Numbered from the stretch's first letter, positions 1-6,614 are shown. The stretch: 30,323 nt of DNA from a virus (IMGVR_UViG_3300028025_002014:1-30323), one strand, 5' to 3'. Notes: generated by a model not told the origin, from the letters alone. Numbers and translations: made by a program.

Positions 1-121
1 AAACAGATAAAATTGAAGTAAAGATAGACCGCATTGAGGCAAAATTAGACAGTTTTAAGACTGAAATTGCCTGGTTAATTATCAAGGGTGGTGCTGGCCT
101 TATCGTGATGCTTTTAGGTGC
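1..121 (+). repeat. Exact terminal direct repeat, copy 1 (copy 2 at 29669-29789)
   Basis: Base-by-base identity from AAACAGATAAAATTG to CTTTTAGGTGC; the copies diverge at 122/29790. Implies a circular or permuted unit of 29,668 bp. Confidence 0.95.
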
Positions 122-158
122 ATTAGCAGCCATTTCCAAAGTAGCAGGAGTTTGGTAA
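1..158 (+). CDS. 3' part of the holin-like gene (variant of 29557-29826)
   Basis: Same frame and stop as the end-of-window gene; ends LGALAAISKVAGVW versus LGALGAISKVAGIW. Confidence 0.85.
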   Translation, partial: TDKIEVKIDRIEAKLDSFKTEIAWLIIKGGAGLIVMLLGALAAISKVAGVW

Positions 159-162
159 TGAA

Positions 163-168
163 TAATTA
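163..168 (+). promoter_or_regulatory. TAAATA-like box (TAATTA) 5 nt before ATG 174
   Basis: Same box-5nt-ATG geometry as TerS; no SD upstream. Confidence 0.4.
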
Positions 169-173
169 CCAGT

Positions 174-515
174 ATGGAGCGAAAACAATTTTACACTATC
201 ATAGATCAACTGGCTGAAGATTGGTATATAGATGCCACATCACCCGTTAAGGGCAAATGGGGATCTAGCATACATGGCAAGAACACTGGCCCAAGACGCA
301 AGACCAATTACCAAGGCGAAGAAAATCCAATTAATGAAACGTCAGGTGAAGTGCAGGTTATCCGCTGGGCTAAGAAATCAGAATTTTGTGTTCAATGCAG
401 TAAGTTCTGTGAGGACAAAGTTGAATTGATCAATCTGGAAAAATCACAAGTCAAATGTTCATGTGGTCAAAAGTATCCTGTGATCAATCACATACTTAAA
501 AAATTGGAAGCCTAA
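174..515 (+). CDS. Hypothetical Cys-rich (putative Zn-binding) protein, 'gene A'
   Basis: 113 aa with CxxCxxxC...CxC; a homologue at 30023-30323 keeps the frame and all these Cys. Confidence 0.85.
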   Translation: MERKQFYTIIDQLAEDWYIDATSPVKGKWGSSIHGKNTGPRRKTNYQGEENPINETSGEVQVIRWAKKSEFCVQCSKFCEDKVELINLEKSQVKCSCGQKYPVINHILKKLEA

Positions 516-706
516 TGGACCCACGTGACCGCAGTCTAATTGATCGCTATGGTATAGATCAAACTAGGTATTTTCACCAATTGGCACAGGACCCAAAACT
601 CAACATATTGGATCAACTCAAATACAGTGAGCAGATCAACAGGATTAGATCAAGGTCTAAATTTAGGGCAAAAACACCTATTGCAAATACAGATCAAAAC
701 AGTTAA
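515..706 (+). CDS. Hypothetical protein, 'gene B'
   Basis: TAATG coupling to gene A; homologue at 29826-30014 (LAxDP...LDQxKYSExI). Confidence 0.85.
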   Translation: MDPRDRSLIDRYGIDQTRYFHQLAQDPKLNILDQLKYSEQINRIRSRSKFRAKTPIANTDQNS

Positions 707-714
707 ACTAAATA
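707..714 (+). promoter_or_regulatory. T4-late-type promoter box (ACTAAATA)
   Basis: TAAATA at 709-714, right after the gene B stop and 3 nt before the first stem of the putative small RNA. Confidence 0.55.
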
Positions 715-717
715 TTC

Positions 718-884
718 TGTTGAAGGGCAATTTTCTTTTGTTATCTAATGCCATTGTAATTCCAGGAGCCCTTCAACAACTAGTGGAGTAATTCTCCTTG
801 GAGAGGTTAGCCTGTCAGCAATCAAACATTGTCCCACTAGTTTGAAAACCCCTTAGGTGCAACGCTTAAGGGGTTTTCTCTTTT
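718..884 (+). ncRNA. Putative ~165-nt small RNA with two large-loop hairpins plus terminator
   Basis: Perfect stems TGTTGAAGGGC/GCCCTTCAACA (718-728/768-778) and AACTAGTGG/CCACTAGTT (778-786/834-842), bracketed by a promoter box and a terminator; no credible + strand gene. Confidence 0.65.
844..884 (+). terminator. Intrinsic terminator
   Basis: 12-bp stem GAAAACCCCTTA/TAAGGGGTTTTC (844-855/867-878) followed by TCTTTT. Confidence 0.8.
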
Positions 885-908
885 CTGAACAAAATTCTTC
901 TTTACAAG

Positions 909-934
909 CCCTTTTGATTCATATATTATAAATA
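909..934 (+). promoter_or_regulatory. Bipartite late-type promoter CCCTTTT-N13-TAAATA
   Basis: Perfect TATAAATA at 927-934; CCCTTTT at 909-915. Confidence 0.7.
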
Positions 935-939
935 CAAAT

Positions 940-1346
940 AACAAACAATTTGACAGGCTGTTTGTAGAAACCATTTCAATCATAAATCTGTCCAGTGAGT
1001 ATCTGCATTATGGCACCATATGGGGGTTAAAACAGGACCCGCCCGTAGTCAATGTCTCACTTGCGAAATAACGAGAATGGCAGAGATTATGTTTATAGAT
1101 GAGTTCCTAAACTAAGTCCGTGCAGGACATGGCAGACATGCCTAAGGTTTAATTCCGTGCTATCTCAGAGGAGAGATGAAAGTCGTAAGGCAAGAGGAAA
1201 GGACAAGACTTATTTGTAAGCAAGACAGAAGCAGTCAAGGGCATAAACATGATAAACCATCGCTTCCAGGAGTTTCAGTCCGCAAGGGCTGTTGCTAATC
1301 TATGAAGATGGGAATGAGGAATTTTAATTTAAATGATTGAATGTTT
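940..1346 (+). ncRNA. Putative ~400-nt structured non-coding RNA of unknown class
   Basis: Closing helix 975-983/1333-1341; internal helices 1087-1096/1243-1252, 1113-1118/1207-1212, 1257-1266/1304-1311; GNRA-capped hairpins 1182-1191 and 1276-1291; G-U pairs fit the + strand; no credible ORF. Confidence 0.6.
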
Positions 1347-1365
1347 TGTTAGTCAGGTGTGTTAT

Positions 1366-1539
1366 AACAATAAGGTCAGAACGCTAAAGCGTTCCAACCT
1401 TGTTAGTAATAAATGCTTCGCTTCGTCTGGCAACTCCGCAAATCATTTATTACTTCCAATTTGTTTTCTTCTAGAAGATTTAGGAAAACAAATGACATGC
1501 GAAGTAGGTCATTTGTTGGGCGAAGTAGTTCGCCCTTTT
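1366..1539. other. Cluster of five inverted repeats with GCGAAG motifs; candidate replication origin
   Basis: Stems 1379-1385/1388-1394, 1405-1415/1444-1454, 1459-1468/1484-1493, 1487-1496/1508-1517, 1518-1524/1529-1535; GCGAAGTAG at 1499 and 1520. Origin function is inferred. Confidence 0.45.
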
Positions 1540-1553
1540 ATTAAGAGGTATAT

Positions 1554-1868
1554 ATGAAAGAAGATATCGCAAAGAAACATGAACACTGCCAGATGTCAGT
1601 CAGGTGGAAGTCCATTAAGGGAACACAAATCCCCAGACCTGGACTTTTTTGTCAAGCACATGATGTATATCTGGATTGGCTTAGACCTGAAGTTGCATAT
1701 GAACTAATAGATAGTGGTCAGGTAGTTCAGGAGCTATGGCGTGAAAGAAAGAAAATAAAACCCAAAAACTCTGACCTTGGCAATGTCTTAAAGAAAAGAA
1801 AAAAGCAGCGGCTCAAGGCCAAGCAATTGAATACACAACACATCAAACAAACAGGAAGACCTTTATAA
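1554..1868 (+). CDS. Hypothetical protein (His/Cys cluster, basic C-terminus; possible nucleic-acid binder)
   Basis: SD GAGG upstream; HEHC...CQAH; Lys/Arg-rich tail. Confidence 0.75.
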   Translation: MKEDIAKKHEHCQMSVRWKSIKGTQIPRPGLFCQAHDVYLDWLRPEVAYELIDSGQVVQELWRERKKIKPKNSDLGNVLKKRKKQRLKAKQLNTQHIKQTGRPL

Positions 1869-2071
1869 TGACACACAAAACAATGAATGATTTGCCAGAT
1901 ATCTTAAATTCAATCAGTTGGCAATTGAAGCGAATTGCTGATCACTTAGACAAAGAAAATTTAAAAGAGGATACACCTGATTTGCCTATTGAATCTTTGA
2001 AGAAGTCATCTTCACCTAGGACTGTTAAAGATATATTAGGTTCTTTTAATATTAACAATGATAGAGACTAA
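1868..2071 (+). CDS. Hypothetical protein
   Basis: TAATG coupling to the upstream gene; 67 aa. Confidence 0.7.
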   Translation: MTHKTMNDLPDILNSISWQLKRIADHLDKENLKEDTPDLPIESLKKSSSPRTVKDILGSFNINNDRD

Positions 2072-2100
2072 TAGATCAAAAGTGGTGTATTTTCCACTTG

Positions 2101-2122
2101 ATATTGCACTTCAATATAAATA
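2101..2122 (+). promoter_or_regulatory. T4-late-type promoter TATAAATA with overlapping palindrome
   Basis: TATAAATA at 2115-2122; ATATTG-N5-CAATAT at 2101-2117. Confidence 0.6.
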
Positions 2123-2151
2123 TAATTATATTTAAGAAGGAAGATTTATAG

Positions 2152-2580
2152 ATGTTAGCCCGTAATAAAAGACCTTTATACAAGCGTTGGCAGCAGTTCT
2201 ACTACTCAACTACCACACCAGGTAGTCACCTGTGGCACTGCTATGGTCAATTAGGCATCAAGATGTATAAACCCTGGGCAGTGCCCAAAGTGGGTTTTGA
2301 TCTTTTTGAAGATTGGGTCTATGCAAATTTAGGTAGGCCACCCAAAGGTCTGACTGTGCTGGGACTGATTGATCGCAAGAAGGACATCCGTCCAGGCAAT
2401 CTACATTGGACCACACAGTTATGGGTGCAGAACCATCGCAGGTTTAATCTCATGCTAAAGATCAATGGGCGTAAGCAGAGCCTTGCTGATTGGTCAAGAG
2501 AAACAGGCGTTAATAAAGCCACTGCTTGGACAAGAATACATGACAAAGGCATGACAGCCAGAGAGGCATTTGAACTATGA
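2152..2580 (+). CDS. Divergent HNH-like homing-endonuclease-family protein with C-terminal DNA-binding module
   Basis: LGRPPKG..VLGLIDRKKDIRPGNLHWTT resembles the phage motif MGxRPxGxSxDRIDNDGxYEPGNCRWAT; INGRKQSLADWSRETGV is the C-terminal HTH-like module typical of that family. Confidence 0.6.
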   Translation: MLARNKRPLYKRWQQFYYSTTTPGSHLWHCYGQLGIKMYKPWAVPKVGFDLFEDWVYANLGRPPKGLTVLGLIDRKKDIRPGNLHWTTQLWVQNHRRFNLMLKINGRKQSLADWSRETGVNKATAWTRIHDKGMTAREAFEL

Positions 2581-2708
2581 CACCAGACCAACTATATCCA
2601 TTGACACAGATCAATCATGCCATTGCCATTGCCTATGGTAAGTTCATAGACAAAGCACAGATACCCACAAGGTATGAACTCGTGGAGATAGTCAGTGCCA
2701 AGACCTAA
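2577..2708 (+). CDS. Small hypothetical protein (43 aa, MTPDQLYPL...)
   Basis: ATGA overlap with the upstream stop; fills the gap between genes; below the ORF-track cutoff. Confidence 0.55.
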   Translation: MTPDQLYPLTQINHAIAIAYGKFIDKAQIPTRYELVEIVSAKT

Positions 2709-3018
2709 AGGACCATTCATTGCAGGACGCAAATATCCAGTATTGATTGATCATGATCGTCATTGGGCTTACCTACGCATGAAGGCACAGGCTGTATTTC
2801 GCAAAGAAGAGTTTGAACTTACACAGGATGAATTTTTTGAACTATGGACTCCAGACCTTTGGGTTCAAAGAGGACGCAAACCAGAAGAACTTTGCATGGT
2901 CCGTGATGATGTGGAAAAGCCATGGAGTAAGAGCAACTGCCTAATAGTCAGCCGCTATCAACAGTTATGCCGTGGTAAGAAGATGGGCAAATACCCAGGA
3001 CAATTTAAGGACTTATGA
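2695..3018 (+). CDS. Second HNH-like (beta-beta-alpha) nuclease-family protein
   Basis: GTG start with GGAG SD; FELTxDEFFELW...RGR...LCMVRxDxxKPWSKSNCLIV resembles phage HNH-like proteins. Confidence 0.55.
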   Translation: MPRPKGPFIAGRKYPVLIDHDRHWAYLRMKAQAVFRKEEFELTQDEFFELWTPDLWVQRGRKPEELCMVRDDVEKPWSKSNCLIVSRYQQLCRGKKMGKYPGQFKDL

Positions 3019-3254
3019 TGTTTGACCCAAATTTTAATCCACTGGACACACTGACCAACTTAGAGTCTGTGGTCACTCAACTGAAATCACTGCACAAGCA
3101 GAACACAGAACTGCAACGACAGATCATTGAACAGATCAACAAACACACAGAAGCCATTAACGCACATGATCTACAGATCAATGAACTGCACAACAGACTA
3201 AGACTAATAGAGGTAGCAAGACAACATGAAGCCAACAAACAAATTGAAAATTAA
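3015..3254 (+). CDS. Coiled-coil hypothetical protein
   Basis: ATGA overlap; heptad Leu/Ile pattern. Confidence 0.7.
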   Translation: MMFDPNFNPLDTLTNLESVVTQLKSLHKQNTELQRQIIEQINKHTEAINAHDLQINELHNRLRLIEVARQHEANKQIEN

Positions 3255-3387
3255 AGTGACCATGCTAGGTGGTAAAACAGCGGAATTTAAGTTTAGCGAT
3301 GCAGATCAGGCACGTGAATACTTTGACCAACTGAGAACCATTGGCGTGCTAGCAGGTGAAGCCATTAAGACAATTGAATTGATTTAA
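3226..3387 (+). CDS. Small hypothetical protein (53 aa, MKPTNKLKIKV...)
   Basis: GAGG SD upstream; fills the gap before 3404. Confidence 0.6.
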   Translation: MKPTNKLKIKVTMLGGKTAEFKFSDADQAREYFDQLRTIGVLAGEAIKTIELI

Positions 3388-3403
3388 ACTAGGGTATATA
3401 GAT

Positions 3404-3877
3404 ATGAAGACAACACACGATAAAGTATGGATGGAAGAAGGCCTGGATCTTTGGCAAGGTGCAGCCACTGCACTTAATGAAGAGATCCTACAGGGCGGAC
3501 AACTGCAAAAGAACAACCGCAGAATTTGGGATACTATCCTGCACAACTGGAACAACTATGACTATGTCAGAGTCATTGCCTTGATGCGACTGTTAATGGA
3601 AACTAATCCAGAAATGTTTGCGGGACGCAATGAAGAAGCAGTGCTCACAGCTGACATGATCCTGGGCAAGCACTGGGATAGACCCACTGGTAAAAAGAAT
3701 CCCACATGGGGTCCAGATGGTCGTGTGTTAGATCAACCTGAGTTTAAACATGATGCATGGAAGTTGATCATGGCCATGCGTGAAGTATGGAACAAAGCAC
3801 AGGGCATTGACATTCCCAATGATGACACTAGCAAAACAAAAACCACAAACAAACCTAACCTATTTGACACTCAATGA
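3404..3877 (+). CDS. Hypothetical protein
   Basis: 157-aa ORF in the co-oriented cluster; no recognisable motif. Confidence 0.8.
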   Translation: MKTTHDKVWMEEGLDLWQGAATALNEEILQGGQLQKNNRRIWDTILHNWNNYDYVRVIALMRLLMETNPEMFAGRNEEAVLTADMILGKHWDRPTGKKNPTWGPDGRVLDQPEFKHDAWKLIMAMREVWNKAQGIDIPNDDTSKTKTTNKPNLFDTQ

Positions 3878-4059
3878 ACCAACATATCTACACAGTGATG
3901 AAACAACTCTACTCAAAATATAGTGGAGAAGAAATTGCAGAAGCCATCAAACAGATCCGCAAAGAACTCACTGAAGCAGAAGAACAGGCTGCACTCAAGC
4001 GACAGTTAAAAGTCATACAGGGTAAGATCAAAGTCAATGATGACCTATCCAATCAGTAA
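3874..4059 (+). CDS. Hypothetical helical protein
   Basis: ATGA overlap; 61 aa. Confidence 0.7.
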   Translation: MNQHIYTVMKQLYSKYSGEEIAEAIKQIRKELTEAEEQAALKRQLKVIQGKIKVNDDLSNQ

Positions 4060-4183
4060 GATCATTGAATGGGGTGTATGCCTACTGGACTGGCCCAACG
4101 AGGATTGGGACTATGATCCTTATTTTGATCAAGTGTTTGTGCATCCAGGCACCAAACTCTACACTTACCTAGCACTTCGTTAA
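4037..4183 (+). CDS. Small hypothetical protein (48 aa, ...KLYTYLALR)
   Basis: Open frame ending just before a terminator. Confidence 0.55.
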   Translation: MMTYPISKIIEWGVCLLDWPNEDWDYDPYFDQVFVHPGTKLYTYLALR

Positions 4184-4224
4184 AATACAGAACTTTCTGG
4201 CAAGTTTGATTCTGTGTTTTGGAT

Positions 4225-4260
4225 AGCCCAGTTTAGTGACATTTTCTGGGCTTTCTTTTT
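4225..4260 (+). terminator. Intrinsic terminator
   Basis: AGCCCAG/CTGGGCT stem followed by TTCTTTTT. Confidence 0.7.
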
Positions 4261-4292
4261 GGACAATATGTTGCAACAAGACAACACGAGAT

Positions 4293-4321
4293 TTCGCTGA
4301 AGTCAGTTATACTATTATTAT
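4293..4321 (+). promoter_or_regulatory. Possible host sigma70-type promoter
   Basis: Overlapping -10-like hexamers (TATACT 4308, TATTAT 4313/4316); weak -35 TTCGCT 17 nt before the last; no TAAATA box. Confidence 0.3.
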
Positions 4322-4347
4322 GTTCAACAGCATTAGGAGACGCAAAA

Positions 4348-4467
4348 ATGAAATACATTGTTTTAGATTGGAAAACTTATTTGGCAGACCCAAACTATTG
4401 GCAACGGATCAGTAATGAAAAGGCAATCCCTTTACATCTTGGAACAGGATTGGAGGCTGCAGAATGA
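4348..4467 (+). CDS. Small hypothetical protein (39 aa, MKYIVLDWKTY...)
   Basis: Strong SD AGGAGA; ATGA coupling to the next gene. Confidence 0.65.
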   Translation: MKYIVLDWKTYLADPNYWQRISNEKAIPLHLGTGLEAAE

Positions 4468-4688
4468 ACCTAACTAAAGAACAAGTTGAACTAATGGAAT
4501 TACCAGAAGTCAATAAACATCTCAAGCAACTGGCCAAAGCCTACAAGTTAGACAAGCCTTTTAAGGAATGGATGACACCTGAACTGTGGGACAATTTGGA
4601 TGACATTATCAATACCCTACTGTATCTAGAAGATCGCCAACAATGGTTAGAACAGTATGGACATCTCAGAGGAGAAAACAAAGTATGA
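4464..4688 (+). CDS. Hypothetical protein
   Basis: SD GGAGG; 74 aa. Confidence 0.8.
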   Translation: MNLTKEQVELMELPEVNKHLKQLAKAYKLDKPFKEWMTPELWDNLDDIINTLLYLEDRQQWLEQYGHLRGENKV

Positions 4689-4882
4689 AATGGCTGATCA
4701 TAGCACTGGCAGTATTAGCCACTGGTTGTGCCCAAAATAACAGTCACAGACCTGAATGCCAATTTGCTAACCTAAAGCCAGGGCAAAAGTTACCACACCA
4801 CTGTGGTGATTGGGGCAACCCTGGATCAACTATTATCACAGTTAGACCCTTGCCAAATGGCACCTATGTGATCGCTAAATAA
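4685..4882 (+). CDS. Small lipoprotein
   Basis: True start at 4685 (SD GAGGAG, ATGA overlap): MKWLIIALAVLATG-C is a signal peptide with lipobox. Confidence 0.75.
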   Translation: MKWLIIALAVLATGCAQNNSHRPECQFANLKPGQKLPHHCGDWGNPGSTIITVRPLPNGTYVIAK

Positions 4883-4916
4883 AAAATAACAAGAACTATA
4901 CCTTAGGCGTGTTTGG

Positions 4917-4944
4917 AGCCCACTGTTGTAGTGGGCTTTCTTTT
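4917..4944 (+). terminator. Intrinsic terminator
   Basis: AGCCCACT/AGTGGGCT stem followed by TTCTTTT. Confidence 0.8.
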
Positions 4945-4957
4945 GACCTAAAATAAC

Positions 4958-4983
4958 CCCTTTTGATCCATATCCTTTAAATA
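4958..4983 (+). promoter_or_regulatory. Bipartite late-type promoter CCCTTTT-N13-TAAATA
   Basis: CCCTTTT 4958-4964; TAAATA 4978-4983; 5 nt before the TerS ATG. Confidence 0.7.
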
Positions 4984-4988
4984 CAGAT

Positions 4989-5372
4989 ATGGATGACACC
5001 AACGATACTCCCGCCTCTAAGCGAAAGCAACGCAAGACCGCTACCAAAGAAGTAGAAGGTGTTGTGGTAGGCCGTGATAAGAAAATAATCCCCCCAAGCG
5101 AAGTCTATAAACTAGCACAGATGGGCTGTAAGGATACAGAAATCTGCGACTGGTTTGGTATTGATGGCAATACCTTACGCTACAACTTTAGCGTAGAACT
5201 TATAAAAGGGCGTGAATCGCTAAAACAAAGCCTTAGACAAGCACAGATTAGACTTGCACTCAGTGGCAACGCTACACTTCTTATCTGGTTAGGCAAGAAC
5301 ATTCTGGGGCAATCAGAGAACCCAACAGATTCAGAAGCCAACACTCCGCTTCCTTGGGATGACGATCTATAA
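4989..5372 (+). CDS. terS: Terminase small subunit
   Basis: HTH-like LAQMGCKDTEICDWFGI, the GNATLLIWLGKNILGQ motif, and position directly before TerL. Confidence 0.8.
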   Translation: MDDTNDTPASKRKQRKTATKEVEGVVVGRDKKIIPPSEVYKLAQMGCKDTEICDWFGIDGNTLRYNFSVELIKGRESLKQSLRQAQIRLALSGNATLLIWLGKNILGQSENPTDSEANTPLPWDDDL

Positions 5373-6604
5373 TGCCGTTATCTAAACCACAGGAGACAAT
5401 TGCCCTTGACTCACACAGATTTATATGTGTTGTTGCTGGCAGACGCTTTGGCAAGACACACCTATCTATTAGACAATTATGCTACCACGCTAAGGAGCCT
5501 GACAGAAATGTATGGTATGTGGCACCAACATACAAACAGGCAAAACAAATTGTCTGGCGAAAACTAAAGCATAAACTACAAGACCTAAAGTGGGCCAAGA
5601 AAGTTAATGAATCAGAACTAAGCATTGAACTAAAGAATGGCAGTCTAATCTCACTTAAAGGTGCTGACAATGCTGACTCATTAAGGGGTGTTGGCTTAGA
5701 TTATCTAATACTTGATGAATTTGCGGACATTGATCCAGAAGCATGGTATGAAGTCTTACGTCCTACACTGGCAGACAAACAAGGCGGTGCCCTGTTTATT
5801 GGCACACCCAAAGGCATTGGCAACTGGGCACATGACATCTACAACATGCCCACAGAAAACCCAGAGCAATGGGCGTCATATCAATACACTACTATTGACG
5901 GGGGTAATGTTAAGCCAGAAGAAATAGAAGCAGCCAAGCGTGACCTAGATGTTAGAACTTTCCGTCAAGAGTTCTTGGCCACCTTTGAAACCTACGCTGG
6001 CAGGATTTACTACAGTTTTGACCGTAAGCAGAATGTGCTTACTGTGGAACCCATTGACACTTCAGTGATCTATGTTGGAATGGACTTTAACATTGATCCC
6101 ATGAGTGCAGTGGTAGCAGTTAGACTAAAGGACACGCTCTATGTCATTGACGAAATCCGTATGTTTTCTAGTAATACCCAAGAGTTGGTGGATGAAATCA
6201 AAGCAAGATATCCAACTTCTAAAGTATGGGTCTATCCTGACCCAGCAGGATCAGCCCGTAAAACAGCGGCTGGCGGCGTTACTGACCACGCCATCCTACA
6301 GAACGCAGGATTTGTGCTTAAAAGCCCAAGAGCACACACACCAGTCAGAGACCGTATCAACGCAGTGAATAGCAGATTGTGCGATTCTACAGGCGTTAGA
6401 CACCTGTATGTAGCACCTAAGTGTAAATATACAATTGAGGGCTTGGAGCGTCAAACCTATAAGGAAGGCACCAGCCAGCCAGACAAAGAATCAGGCTATG
6501 ATCACATGATGGACGCACTTGGATACATGGTAGATTACCTATTTCCTGTGCGTAAAGAGCAGCCTGAATATACACCACAACGCTGGGGCCATAAGTTAGC
6601 CTAA
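5372..6604 (+). CDS. terL: Terminase large subunit
   Basis: Walker A AGRRFGKT, Walker B LILDE, GTPKG motif, RNase H-like nuclease residues GMDFN and DHMMDALGY. Confidence 0.96.
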   Translation: MPLSKPQETIALDSHRFICVVAGRRFGKTHLSIRQLCYHAKEPDRNVWYVAPTYKQAKQIVWRKLKHKLQDLKWAKKVNESELSIELKNGSLISLKGADNADSLRGVGLDYLILDEFADIDPEAWYEVLRPTLADKQGGALFIGTPKGIGNWAHDIYNMPTENPEQWASYQYTTIDGGNVKPEEIEAAKRDLDVRTFRQEFLATFETYAGRIYYSFDRKQNVLTVEPIDTSVIYVGMDFNIDPMSAVVAVRLKDTLYVIDEIRMFSSNTQELVDEIKARYPTSKVWVYPDPAGSARKTAAGGVTDHAILQNAGFVLKSPRAHTPVRDRINAVNSRLCDSTGVRHLYVAPKCKYTIEGLERQTYKEGTSQPDKESGYDHMMDALGYMVDYLFPVRKEQPEYTPQRWGHKLA

Positions 6605-6614
6605 GGAAACCTAA

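Noticed and set aside
1-121. Biological direct terminal repeat or att site
   Set aside because: The repeat lies mid-gene, there is no integrase or host flank, and homology continues in diverged form; better explained as an assembly overlap of a circularly permuted genome.
232-429. Alternate-frame ORFs 232-429 and 30018-30278 that resemble each other
   Set aside because: They are shadow frames of genes A/A'; the similarity follows from DNA homology, and their starts are not conserved.
650-754. 34-aa minus-strand ORF MALDNKRKLPFNRIFSLTVLICIC..., suggesting a type I toxin with antisense RNA
   Set aside because: Weak SD, overlaps gene B, no minus-strand promoter seen, and all other genes are on +. 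Kept only as an alternative reading of sRNA loop 1.
718-884. CRISPR mini-array interpretation of the spacer-sized loops
   Set aside because: The flanks are different inverted repeats, not direct repeats, and there are no cas genes.
1021-1346. tmRNA, group I/II intron or hammerhead identity for the long RNA
   Set aside because: No T-arm/CCA end, P7-like strands are in the wrong order, no domain V, no CUGAUGA core, and no interrupted gene.
1333-1557. 74-aa ORF in the track
   Set aside because: It runs through five inverted repeats and has atypical composition; more likely non-coding.
4877-6430. TAAATA at the lipoprotein stop (~4877) and inside terL (~6424)
   Set aside because: Coding context and expected by chance in AT-rich DNA; no upstream element.
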